A stretch of 64,000 nt of DNA from a virus (Duplodnaviria > Heunggongvirae > Uroviricota > Caudoviricetes), in IMG/VR virus record IMGVR_UViG_3300021403_000003, positions 49,952 through 113,951 of that record, one strand, 5' to 3'. The translations under genes and the position numbers were made by a program. Numbering within the stretch: the stretch's first letter is position 1; each line of letters starts with the position of its first letter. This document shows positions 36,724 to 46,097 of the stretch, piece after piece. The notes below the pieces were generated by a model that searched no databases, was not told where the DNA came from, and saw only the letters and a program-made list of their open reading frames with translations.

Positions 36724-37281
36724 ATGGCATTCGATGTCACAAGTTTCAGAACTCAATTACAACAGGATGGTGCGCGTCCAAATCTATTTGACGTCACCCT
36801 TCAGTTTCCACAATGGGTTTCTCTTGCAGGTATTGCTGGACAAAAAGCAACTTTTCAAGTGAAGGCAGCCCAATTGCCTGGTTCAACAGTAGGTCTTGCA
36901 CCTCTGTTCTACTTTGGTCGTGAAGTCAAACTCGCAGGTAATCGTACCTACCAGGATTGGACAGTTCAAATCATCAATGATGAAGACTTCAATATTCGCA
37001 ACGCTGTTGAATTGTGGATCAATGGTATCAATGATCCATCTGGAAACATTCGTGATCCAAATGCAACTGTGTTAGATGGTGGATATGGTGTTGATGCTCT
37101 TGTCAACCAGTATGCAAAAACTGGTGAATTGATTAAGCAATACCAGTTTATTGGTATCTGGCCAATGGATATTTCTCCAATTGAGTTGGATTGGGGTGCA
37201 AATGATACCATCGAAGAATATGCAGTAACCTTTGCTGTTCAGTTCTATGGAGACCCAACTCTTTCCGACTTGACAGCTTAA
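36724..37281 (+). CDS. Tail tube protein (gp19-like)
   Basis: 185 aa between sheath and portal. Confidence 0.65.
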   Translation: MAFDVTSFRTQLQQDGARPNLFDVTLQFPQWVSLAGIAGQKATFQVKAAQLPGSTVGLAPLFYFGREVKLAGNRTYQDWTVQIINDEDFNIRNAVELWINGINDPSGNIRDPNATVLDGGYGVDALVNQYAKTGELIKQYQFIGIWPMDISPIELDWGANDTIEEYAVTFAVQFYGDPTLSDLTA

Positions 37282-37302
37282 GTCATTGAGAGCATGACTA
37301 AG

Positions 37303-37338
37303 AAGGGTGCCTAAGTATATTGGGCACCCTTCATTATT
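37303..37338 (+). terminator. Rho-independent terminator after the tube gene
   Basis: AAGGGTGCC/GGCACCCTT 9-bp stem followed by CATTATT. Confidence 0.55.
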
Positions 37339-37351
37339 AGGAGCTGTATAA

Positions 37352-39046
37352 GTGAAGATATTTGGTTTCGATATCAAGAAATTCAGTGATGAAGTCCCTG
37401 AATCTCCAGTTATGCCACAAAATGATGATGGAGCTATCGTCATTGAAGCTCCTGTCAGTGGTATCTATGTTGATCTTGATTCCTCTTATCGTTCAGAATT
37501 AGATCTCATTCACAAATATCGTCAAATGGCACTCCAACCAGAAATGGAGAATGCTATCAATGATATTGTTGATGAAGCTATCGTTCATGATTCCGATTCT
37601 GGTGAAATCATCAAAATCAACATGGATCGCCTTAAGCAACCAGACAAGATTAAATCATTGATTCGTGAAGAATTTAATAATGTTTTGAAATTGTTAGATT
37701 TCAACAATTTTGGAGATGAGATCTTCCGTAAATGGTACATTGATGGTCGTTTGTATTACAATGTTATCATTGACAAAGATAACCCTCGTGATGGTATTCA
37801 AACCCTTGTATACATTGACAGTCGTAAGATCAAGAAAGTTCGTCAGGTCACCAAGGATAAGAATGCACAAGGAGTTGAAGTCATTACAGGTGTAGAAGAA
37901 TTCTACGTCTATAATGATAAACTTCTCATGACTAATCCAAACAGTGGCAACCCGCTGTTTCAGACTTCCGTTGCTGCAGGTATCCGCTTATCAGCAGACA
38001 GTGTTGTGCAGGTCACATCAGGTGTATATGATCCAATCAAAGCAACCATCCTCAGCTACCTTCACAAGGCTATCCGCCCTCTGAATCAGCTTCGTTTTGT
38101 TGAAGATGCAACAGTTATATATCGTGTAAGTCGTGCTCCAGAACGTCGTGTGTTCTATGTAGACACGAGCGGAATGAACAAAGCCAAGGCTGAACAGTAC
38201 ATGAAGAGCCTTATGACCAACTATCGTAACAAGTTGTCATATGATGCTTCTACAGGAGAGATTCAGGATCAACGTAAGTTTTTGGCAATGATTGAAGATT
38301 ATTGGATGCCACGTAATTCAACAGGCAAATCCAGTGAAATCACGACCCTACCTGCAGGTCAGAACCTTGGTCAAATGGAAGATGTGTTGTATTTCGAAAA
38401 GAAGCTATACAAGGCTCTTGGTATTCCAGCATCCCGTATTGAAAATCCAACAGGGTTATTTAATATTGGTCAGCCTGGCACCATAACTCGCGACGAGGTG
38501 AAATACACAAAGTTCATTCATCGTATGCGTTCACGTTTTTCTTCATTGTTTGATCAATTGATGGAACGTCAATTGGCATTGAAAGGTGTTTGCACAGTCG
38601 AGGAATGGAACCAATTCAAACAAGATTGTTTTTATCAATATCAAGAGGATAACAACTTTGCTGAGTTGAAAGAAACTGAGATCTTGATGAATCGTATGAA
38701 CACATTGACAGTTGTTCAACCATTCATGGGAATTTTCTTCAGTAAGAGTTGGGTCTGGAAGAACATCCTACGCATGGATGAAGATGAAATTAATGATATG
38801 AAAAAGGAAATGGAAGAAGAATTTCAAGATGCAGAAACTCAAGGACATCCACCATTGGCTGGATTCCCACCTGTTGTCCCACCTGGTGCGCCTGTTCCAA
38901 TGGATGGTGATGGACAACCAGGCGCACCAGGTCAAGCTCAACCAGCTGTACCAAAATCACCTGGTCAAGAGGTAGAGGATTCAACTCCAGCAGGACAAGC
39001 TCAAAAGAAAATAAATGATCAAACTAAGGCTTTCTTGAAAAAGTGA
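37352..39046 (+). CDS. Portal vertex protein (gp20-like) with Pro-rich C-terminal tail; GTG start
   Basis: 564 aa, position after gp18/gp19. Confidence 0.8.
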   Translation: MKIFGFDIKKFSDEVPESPVMPQNDDGAIVIEAPVSGIYVDLDSSYRSELDLIHKYRQMALQPEMENAINDIVDEAIVHDSDSGEIIKINMDRLKQPDKIKSLIREEFNNVLKLLDFNNFGDEIFRKWYIDGRLYYNVIIDKDNPRDGIQTLVYIDSRKIKKVRQVTKDKNAQGVEVITGVEEFYVYNDKLLMTNPNSGNPLFQTSVAAGIRLSADSVVQVTSGVYDPIKATILSYLHKAIRPLNQLRFVEDATVIYRVSRAPERRVFYVDTSGMNKAKAEQYMKSLMTNYRNKLSYDASTGEIQDQRKFLAMIEDYWMPRNSTGKSSEITTLPAGQNLGQMEDVLYFEKKLYKALGIPASRIENPTGLFNIGQPGTITRDEVKYTKFIHRMRSRFSSLFDQLMERQLALKGVCTVEEWNQFKQDCFYQYQEDNNFAELKETEILMNRMNTLTVVQPFMGIFFSKSWVWKNILRMDEDEINDMKKEMEEEFQDAETQGHPPLAGFPPVVPPGAPVPMDGDGQPGAPGQAQPAVPKSPGQEVEDSTPAGQAQKKINDQTKAFLKK

Positions 39047-39447
39047 TGGGCACGCCAAGAGGACCATATCAAGGAAAGACTGAGTACAGTCTTTCTCACC
39101 AAAGAAAGCTTGGTTTATTGAAACCAAAGGTGATCGATTACAAGAAAAAGATCATGGATAATGTGAAGATCGATGAGCAAACAGGTTGTTGGATCTGGCA
39201 AAGATGTAAAAACAATCTGGGATATGGATTCACAACATATCATGGTAAAGGAAACCAATTAGTTCATCGCGTTGCTTACATGGAATTCATTGGTCCTATA
39301 CCAGACCCATCTGTTTGTCATAATTGTGACAATCCAAGTTGTTGTAATCCAGATCATCTTTGGTCCGGTACTCAAAGGCAAAATACACAAGACATGATCA
39401 GTAAATCTCGTGAAGGTTGGTTCATGAGCAAGATCATCAATTGCTAA
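39046..39447 (+). CDS. HNH endonuclease (HNH_3-type, free-standing homing endonuclease-like)
   Basis: GYGFTTYHGKGNQLVHRVAY ... CHNCDNPSCCNPDHLW; ATG overlaps the portal stop (TGATG). Confidence 0.75.
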   Translation: MGTPRGPYQGKTEYSLSHQRKLGLLKPKVIDYKKKIMDNVKIDEQTGCWIWQRCKNNLGYGFTTYHGKGNQLVHRVAYMEFIGPIPDPSVCHNCDNPSCCNPDHLWSGTQRQNTQDMISKSREGWFMSKIINC

Positions 39448-39474
39448 ATAGTTGACCCACAAGAGGATTTACAT

Positions 39475-39834
39475 ATGAATCGTTTCGTTGACCTAGCAGC
39501 TGACAAAAATGCAGCAGATTTTCAACAGCAACTTGAACATATTTTGGGAGAGAAGGCTGGATTAGCACTTGATGCTCGTAAAGCTGTGATTGCTCAAAAT
39601 CTGTTTGATGCAATCCCGCCTCTCACTCAAGAGGAAGTTGAACAGATAGATGAATTGAGCAAGAAAACTCTTGGTTCATATGTCAAAAAAGCTTCTCAAA
39701 GTGTTCAAGGTCACACTGTTACAGCTATCACCGGTCATCATAAAGGTGATCATAATCAATTTGGTAAGCATGCAGTACTTGCATCAAAGAGGTTGAGAGG
39801 TATTGGAAAAGCAGCTGATAAGCTTACCAAGTAA
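39475..39834 (+). CDS. Hypothetical protein sharing a module with the downstream His-rich protein
   Basis: ELSKKTLGSYVKKA ... KRLRGIGKAADKLTK recurs inside 39854..41779 as ELSKKTLGSYVNKA ... RRRLGITKAVSKITK. Confidence 0.4.
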   Translation: MNRFVDLAADKNAADFQQQLEHILGEKAGLALDARKAVIAQNLFDAIPPLTQEEVEQIDELSKKTLGSYVKKASQSVQGHTVTAITGHHKGDHNQFGKHAVLASKRLRGIGKAADKLTK

Positions 39835-39853
39835 TTTTTTGAGAAACTATCAA

Positions 39854-41779
39854 ATGTCCAAACTAACAATAATCAAAGAAGCTGTCCTTGATGTCCAAGA
39901 AACCATTGGACATATTAAGAAAGGTGCATTTCATAAGTGGCTTGGTAAGTCTGAAGATGAACCAATCACAGCGGCTGACATTAAGAAAGGAAAAGCTGCT
40001 GGCGGTCATGCTGCAAAAATGGCTGTGTTCGCTCAGAACTTTGGACATGTCCAAGAAGCATATGAACATGGAGTAGGGGATGTGGTATCTGTTCATCAAC
40101 ATAAACATGGTGTTGATATGGGCCATTATGGTAAGTTTAATGTAGAAAAAGTTACAAAAACACATGTTCATGTTTATAACCATAAACAAAAATCAACGAT
40201 GGTGTTCAACAAAAATTCTGGTCGAGGAATTGGGGAACATGATACATTGATGTTGAAAGAGGAAACTCTCACAGAATTGAGCAAGAAGACCCTTGGCTCA
40301 TATGTCAATAAAGCTGCAGACGATTATGCAACCCACAATGCTGACATGGCACAACACAGAGGTGCAATGGGTCCTTCTATGAAGAAATCCGTGCAAAAGT
40401 TTGTCAGACGTCGTTTGGGTATCACCAAGGCTGTATCAAAGATCACCAAGGAAGAAGGAGTCAAGGCTTCAGCTATTGAGAACATGAAGCAGAACTCTGG
40501 TGAAAAGCTCAACATCAAGGAAGAAACAATTATTTCTCCACATGGTCATCACTATGAAGTGAAACCTGCTCATCAAGAACATTATTTGAATAGTCATACT
40601 CCTGGTCACCAGGGTACATTATCAACAGGTCAGAAGGCTGAACAATTCAATGTGTATCATAATGGTGAACACATTGGTCATGTTCATTCTTACAGTGCTT
40701 ATAAAGACACAAAGAAACCAGGCAGTAGAATTGTAACATCCAGAAAAGATGTGCGTCATTGGGGATTGCAATTGAATCATGGTCATCATAGTGAAAAATA
40801 TAACTGGGGTGGTAAGGTAAAAGAAGGTTCTCATTCAGATATGAAGTTTTCTACCAAGAGTAATGCTTTGGATCAATTAATGCGTTCTCATGCACATCAC
40901 TTGGAACAAAAATCTGCTTCCCATACACCTGTAAGTGAATCAATGACTCAATATGCAGGGATAACTGTGCATGGTCTCAAGAGACCTGGTCATCATGAAG
41001 ATGAAGATCATCAACATATTCACAAACTTGTCAGACAAGTTACAAGCGGTGGTGGTTGGTCAGCAGGTGGTGGTCCTAGGTACCTTGTTGGTCATGAAGA
41101 CCACAAAAAAGTCATAGATCATCTCAAAAATCACAACATTCAAGTGAGTGAAGCGATCAAAGGTTGGAAGCACGCACACAGTGATATCATGAAGCATCGT
41201 GCAGATCAGCACAATGAAGCAATGCCTGTGCGTTTGGTCAGGTTGAACAAAGACGGAAAAGAAAGTGGTATGCATGATGCAACAAAGCATCTTTCTTCCA
41301 TTTCTGCCGCTCACGAATGGCACCAAAACATCGTCAAACTGAATCCAGGTAAGCACGTTGCGCATCATGTCTATCATCAGGGCCAAAAGGTTGGTAAACT
41401 GGTGAATGGTGACTTGGTCAAAGAAGAAACAGTCAATGAAGTCTTGAGCAAGAATGCATCATCTTCTGAATTTGTTGATGATTTTGTGCACTCAAAGAAC
41501 AAAATGTTCAAGGGTGACAGCAAGGCTCAGAGGATCAAAAGAGCTTTGGGAGCATATTATGGTCAACATAATGAAGAAACCATTGTTGAAGCTCACAAAT
41601 ATCATAGAATTTGGATTCATTTCAATGGTAGAGCTCATGAAGTGTGGGGTGAGAATCATGAAGGTCAATCAAGGAAAATCAAAGGTAGTTTGAGACCAAC
41701 AGATGCTAAAGTTGAAGCTTCTCTCACAGCAAAGAAACATGGTTTGATTAGACATGAAACTGAATGGAAAAAGCCATAA
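39854..41779 (+). CDS. Very histidine-rich protein 1 (~10% His; HHxxH, HGHH, HHEDEDHQHIH clusters)
   Basis: Start taken at MSKLTII to avoid overlap with the upstream gene; lies between portal and prohead protease. Confidence 0.5.
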   Translation: MSKLTIIKEAVLDVQETIGHIKKGAFHKWLGKSEDEPITAADIKKGKAAGGHAAKMAVFAQNFGHVQEAYEHGVGDVVSVHQHKHGVDMGHYGKFNVEKVTKTHVHVYNHKQKSTMVFNKNSGRGIGEHDTLMLKEETLTELSKKTLGSYVNKAADDYATHNADMAQHRGAMGPSMKKSVQKFVRRRLGITKAVSKITKEEGVKASAIENMKQNSGEKLNIKEETIISPHGHHYEVKPAHQEHYLNSHTPGHQGTLSTGQKAEQFNVYHNGEHIGHVHSYSAYKDTKKPGSRIVTSRKDVRHWGLQLNHGHHSEKYNWGGKVKEGSHSDMKFSTKSNALDQLMRSHAHHLEQKSASHTPVSESMTQYAGITVHGLKRPGHHEDEDHQHIHKLVRQVTSGGGWSAGGGPRYLVGHEDHKKVIDHLKNHNIQVSEAIKGWKHAHSDIMKHRADQHNEAMPVRLVRLNKDGKESGMHDATKHLSSISAAHEWHQNIVKLNPGKHVAHHVYHQGQKVGKLVNGDLVKEETVNEVLSKNASSSEFVDDFVHSKNKMFKGDSKAQRIKRALGAYYGQHNEETIVEAHKYHRIWIHFNGRAHEVWGENHEGQSRKIKGSLRPTDAKVEASLTAKKHGLIRHETEWKKP

Positions 41780-43050
41780 TGTCTTTCAAGAAATTTTTAG
41801 CAGAACAAAATGTCAATGAAGCAAAAGATCCACCAATGTTGCTTCAGTTACGTCGTCAAGGAATTCGAAACTTTCCTAATGGTGAACGTGTAGCATTGTT
41901 CAGCAATCCACAATTGAATATTCAATTGGCTGTACCATATGACTCTGTTACTGGATCATTGAAACCAACCAATGCTCTTCCTATAAAAGAGGAATCATTG
42001 GTGGAGAATGAAGAATCATTTCATGATGTCTTAACTCGTCATGGATACACAAAAAGCGATCGTAAGCATAATGGTTATGATGTGTATGATAAGATTGATC
42101 ATAACAGTAAAGTATCAATGACACATCATGGCACAACGAGGTCTGCAATGGCAGACTCCAGTGGTCATCATGCTGTAATGCACACGACTTCTCAAACCAC
42201 TTTGACAAAACCACATAAAGTGGTAATTTATGGTTCATCTTGGAATTACTTCAAACCAACGGATAAACCACCTGGTTCTCCTGGAAAACAAGGATCAAAG
42301 TTTGGTTACACATCAAAAGAATTGGATAGGCATCTAAAGAAAGTCCACAAACCAATTCAAGAGGAAACAAAAGATGATTGTGATGATAGAACAAAGAAAA
42401 TTACTTGCTTACAATATGCATATCAATCATTGATTGTACCACAACCAACTGAGCTTCAGAAATCTCTTCATAATTGGTTGAAATCAGAACTTGAAGAGTA
42501 TGGTGATTGGTCAGATATGCCAGATGATGTCCTTTGTGATGTTCACGATGATTTTGTAGCATTGGTTAGAGGTTCAAGTCTAGAACATGATCTTCTTGGT
42601 GAATCATTACAAGAAAAGTATTCACGTCCAATTCGTAAAATCAACAACTTTGCTGATTGGCATGAACAAATGGAAAGGAAAGGAGAAGTACAATTTAAGA
42701 TCCATGATGCAGGAAATAAGACTTCTGGATATTTGAATGGAAATCATGTCGGTACATATAACCACAAAGTTAGAAAAGGTGAGATTCATGAAGAGCTCGT
42801 TCAGGAGTCTCCTCTGCACCGCATAAATACAATTTTAAGAACTGGTCAGGAAGATCATGTGACTTTTCACAATGGTGCTAGTGCAAGGGTTCATCCGAAT
42901 ACTGCTCGCACTGTTCATCAATTGTACCACAAAGTTAATAGTCAAAACAGAGCAAAATTGAGTGAATTGATCAATGGTTCTCCAGAGGGTCTGGTGAGGG
43001 TTGCTAGGTTCGCTGATGAACTAACCAAGAAGAACACAGAGGCAAAGTAA
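41779..43050 (+). CDS. Histidine-rich protein 2
   Basis: Start MSFKKF overlaps the upstream stop (TAATG); His clusters HHGTT, SGHHAVMH. Confidence 0.5.
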   Translation: MSFKKFLAEQNVNEAKDPPMLLQLRRQGIRNFPNGERVALFSNPQLNIQLAVPYDSVTGSLKPTNALPIKEESLVENEESFHDVLTRHGYTKSDRKHNGYDVYDKIDHNSKVSMTHHGTTRSAMADSSGHHAVMHTTSQTTLTKPHKVVIYGSSWNYFKPTDKPPGSPGKQGSKFGYTSKELDRHLKKVHKPIQEETKDDCDDRTKKITCLQYAYQSLIVPQPTELQKSLHNWLKSELEEYGDWSDMPDDVLCDVHDDFVALVRGSSLEHDLLGESLQEKYSRPIRKINNFADWHEQMERKGEVQFKIHDAGNKTSGYLNGNHVGTYNHKVRKGEIHEELVQESPLHRINTILRTGQEDHVTFHNGASARVHPNTARTVHQLYHKVNSQNRAKLSELINGSPEGLVRVARFADELTKKNTEAK

Positions 43051-43532
43051 TGTCAACATTCAACGCACCAGTCGCTACTCTCACTTGGGATCGCGATTAC
43101 ACAGCAATATTAAAGATTACAGGTCAATACACTTCTTCTGCAGGTGCATCAAATACCAAGATCTTGTCAGCAAACAATGTGAAATTTGCTAATTCTAATA
43201 AACCATGCTTTTTGGATGTTGTTGGTATTCAATACAATATGGGATTGGCTAATGGATTCGTTTCTCTTGAATTTAACAATCCAGCAGGCAATGTTACTAT
43301 TGCAACATTTGGTAAGCGTGAATCAGGAGATCAAGCAGTATATATCACCAATCCAGGTACAGCAAATGCGAATGCATCCAATACCAATGGGTTTGGTGAC
43401 CTCAATTTGTTTACAACTGCACTCGATGCAAATGATAGTTTCACCATTACTGTTGCATTGAGGAAGAATGATTTCAATGGAGCATTTGCCAATGTTGGTT
43501 TGGCTTTTGATTCTCCTTGGCATGGTCCTTAA
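43050..43532 (+). CDS. Beta-rich hypothetical virion protein (decoration/structural-like)
   Basis: TAATG overlap; N/G/T/A-rich. Confidence 0.35.
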   Translation: MSTFNAPVATLTWDRDYTAILKITGQYTSSAGASNTKILSANNVKFANSNKPCFLDVVGIQYNMGLANGFVSLEFNNPAGNVTIATFGKRESGDQAVYITNPGTANANASNTNGFGDLNLFTTALDANDSFTITVALRKNDFNGAFANVGLAFDSPWHGP

Positions 43533-43816
43533 TGATTGATATGGGAAGCTTTTTAGAGTTTCTCACAGAAACAGGACCAAGAATCAAGAGAGTTAGAATA
43601 AGGATTAGAGGCGGTAAGGTCCAACGTAATGTTCGTGTTTCAAACGTCAAGGGGTTTCGTTTGAACCATGGCAAATTGACTCGTATGAGTGCAACAGAAA
43701 GATTGCACAGAAGGAGAGGAGCCAGAAAGGCCAAATTTAAGATCCGTGCAAAAAGAGCAAGGATAGCGATGAAAAGGGCAAGAAGTATGAGAAAACGTCA
43801 TTCCATGGGCCTTTGA
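43517..43816 (+). CDS. Highly basic protamine/histone-like protein
   Basis: RIRIRGGKVQRNVRV ... RRRGARKAKFKIRAKRARIAMKRARSMRKRH. Confidence 0.4.
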   Translation: MAWSLMIDMGSFLEFLTETGPRIKRVRIRIRGGKVQRNVRVSNVKGFRLNHGKLTRMSATERLHRRRGARKAKFKIRAKRARIAMKRARSMRKRHSMGL

Positions 43817-43870
43817 TTCCCCTAAATAATTACGAACTGGTGAAAATACAACCAGCCACAGGAGATTAAA

Positions 43871-44125
43871 ATGTTTGGATTATCAACTATTGTATCAGCA
43901 GTAACATTCCTTGGTGTCAAGGGATTGATTGGAGCTGTTGTGGGTGCTGTTGTCACCGTTGCTGTACCAGCTGTAGGTAAGTTTGTTACAAAGCAGTGGG
44001 GATGGTTTCAGAAGAAAGAAACAGTTGTAGCAGCTACAGTTGCAACTGAAGTCAAGAATGTTGCTACCAGTGCCGCAGCAAATGCTGTGTCTGCTGTAGT
44101 AACCAGCGTTGAAAAGAAACTGTAA
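43871..44125 (+). CDS. Small Gly/Ala/Val-rich (glycine-zipper) membrane-like protein
   Basis: GGAG SD; hydrophobic GxxxG-type repeats; sits in the gp67/68-like position before the protease. Confidence 0.4.
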   Translation: MFGLSTIVSAVTFLGVKGLIGAVVGAVVTVAVPAVGKFVTKQWGWFQKKETVVAATVATEVKNVATSAAANAVSAVVTSVEKKL

Positions 44126-44142
44126 TTCTGACTAGAAACAAC

Positions 44143-44787
44143 ATGAAGCTCCTTATTGAACAAATTGATGAATACAAATATCTGACTGAAGAATCAGATA
44201 GTAAGAAGCATTTGTATATTGAAGGTGTATATCTTCAATCAGAGCGAAAGAATCGTAATGGCCGTATCTATCCAAAAAGCATCATTGAACGTGAAGTTGC
44301 GCGTTATTTGAGGGAAAAGGTCGAAGGGAAATGTGCTTGGGGTGAATTGGGACATCCAGACACCCCAAGCATTAATCTTGATCGTACTGCGATGCGCATT
44401 GTTAGTCTTAAAAATGAAGGCAATGATTGGGTTGGTAAGGCAATGGTTCAAAACACGCCTCACGGAAACATTGTCCGTTCTCTCATTGAAGATGGTGGAA
44501 GACTTGGTGTTTCCTCTCGTGGTGTTGGTTCTATCAAGATGGTCGAAGGTGTGAACATGGTTCAAGATGATTTCCATCTCGCGACTGCTGCTGATGTTGT
44601 TGCAGATCCATCTGCACCAGATGCTTATGTTCGTGGATTGATGGAAGGTAAAGAATGGGTCTGGAACAATGGCCTTATTCAAGAAGCTAATATTGCTCAA
44701 CTTCATAAAGAAGTAAAGACAACAAATCGTAAGCATCTTGAAGAAATGACATTGAAGTCATTTCAGAAATTCATCAAATTGCTTTAA
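44143..44787 (+). CDS. Prohead core scaffold/protease (gp21-like)
   Basis: 214 aa (T4 gp21 is 212 aa) directly upstream of scaffold and major capsid genes. Confidence 0.65.
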   Translation: MKLLIEQIDEYKYLTEESDSKKHLYIEGVYLQSERKNRNGRIYPKSIIEREVARYLREKVEGKCAWGELGHPDTPSINLDRTAMRIVSLKNEGNDWVGKAMVQNTPHGNIVRSLIEDGGRLGVSSRGVGSIKMVEGVNMVQDDFHLATAADVVADPSAPDAYVRGLMEGKEWVWNNGLIQEANIAQLHKEVKTTNRKHLEEMTLKSFQKFIKLL

Positions 44788-44843
44788 TTATAACCTGAAT
44801 TTGAGTAACACTAAATAATTCAATCCTATCGGAGTTTGAGTAC

Positions 44844-46046
44844 ATGACAACCAAAAGAAGAACACTCGCTGAAGCAGCAATCGATGTTTTACAGTCTTCA
44901 GCAAAGCAAGGTCAAGAGCCAATGCACTCTGTTACACCAGCGGCTGGTGATACTTTGCAAAACAAGGTTGATCTTGGTGGAGCAACAACCAGGGAACCAC
45001 AAGGTAATGATGTTGGTAAGGTGACTGCTGCACACCGTCCACAAGCTACTGCTCCAAAGGGACCAGTTGTTGGTGCTGAAGGCATCCATCATGGTCCAGA
45101 AGGTGGTGCAAAGGGAACTGCTGAAGGTGGGGAAGAAGAGGTAGAACCACCAATGGCAACCTCTGGTGGATGTGCTCCAACAAAGGGATCAGAAGCAGCT
45201 GATACATTGTATTCTGAAGATATGGAACCAACTGCTGAAGAAATTGAAGCTGTACGTCAAGAACGTGTTAATGCTATTCGCGAAACCATGAGAACTTTGT
45301 CAGTTGATGAAGACATCAACGCAATGTTTGCTGGTAGTGAACTTTTGCAGTCAGAAAGTTTCCGTTCAAATGCAAAGACCATTTTTGAAACTGCTGTTAT
45401 TGCACGTGCAATTATGGTTGCAGAAAAGCTCGAAGAAGATATCATCCAAGCATCAGAAGAAGCAGTTGAAGAAATCCGTGAGGAAATCGAAGGCCGAGTT
45501 GATGCATACCTTGACCATATGGTTGAGCAGTGGATGGGTAAGAACGAAGTCGCAATTGAATCTGGTCTCCGTACAGAAATCAGCGAAGAATTCATTGATG
45601 GTCTCCGTAATTTGTTTTTGGAACATAATCTTGATATTCCAGAAGAAAAGGTTGATGTTGTTGAATCTCTGACTGCAAAGGTTGAACAGCTCCAATCTCA
45701 AATTAACGAGACCCTAAATACCAATGTTGAACTGACAAAGGCTATCAACGAAGGTAAGAAAACCAATTTGATCGCCTCAGTTTGTGAGGGACTCACCGCT
45801 ACTCAAACTGAGAAGTTCAAGACGCTCGCAGAGGGTGTTGAATTCACCACAGAAGGTGAATATAAGGGGAAGCTGGACGTTATCCGCGAACAGTATTTCT
45901 CAAAACAGGTGAACAACAGGGCTGTGACAAGCCAGGTTGCATTGGCAGAAGGTTCAAGTCCAACACCAGTTGAGACAAAAGAAATCTCCGGTCCAATGGC
46001 AAACCTTGTAGCAGCAATGAGCAGATTGCCAATCAATCAAAAATAA
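44844..46046 (+). CDS. Prohead scaffold protein (gp22-like)
   Basis: Acidic, Ala/Glu-rich helical protein between protease and capsid. Confidence 0.6.
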   Translation: MTTKRRTLAEAAIDVLQSSAKQGQEPMHSVTPAAGDTLQNKVDLGGATTREPQGNDVGKVTAAHRPQATAPKGPVVGAEGIHHGPEGGAKGTAEGGEEEVEPPMATSGGCAPTKGSEAADTLYSEDMEPTAEEIEAVRQERVNAIRETMRTLSVDEDINAMFAGSELLQSESFRSNAKTIFETAVIARAIMVAEKLEEDIIQASEEAVEEIREEIEGRVDAYLDHMVEQWMGKNEVAIESGLRTEISEEFIDGLRNLFLEHNLDIPEEKVDVVESLTAKVEQLQSQINETLNTNVELTKAINEGKKTNLIASVCEGLTATQTEKFKTLAEGVEFTTEGEYKGKLDVIREQYFSKQVNNRAVTSQVALAEGSSPTPVETKEISGPMANLVAAMSRLPINQK

Positions 46047-46097
46047 ACTGGCAACTGTTTAAACGATAACAACCTCTGACAAAATGTCCGGGAGACT

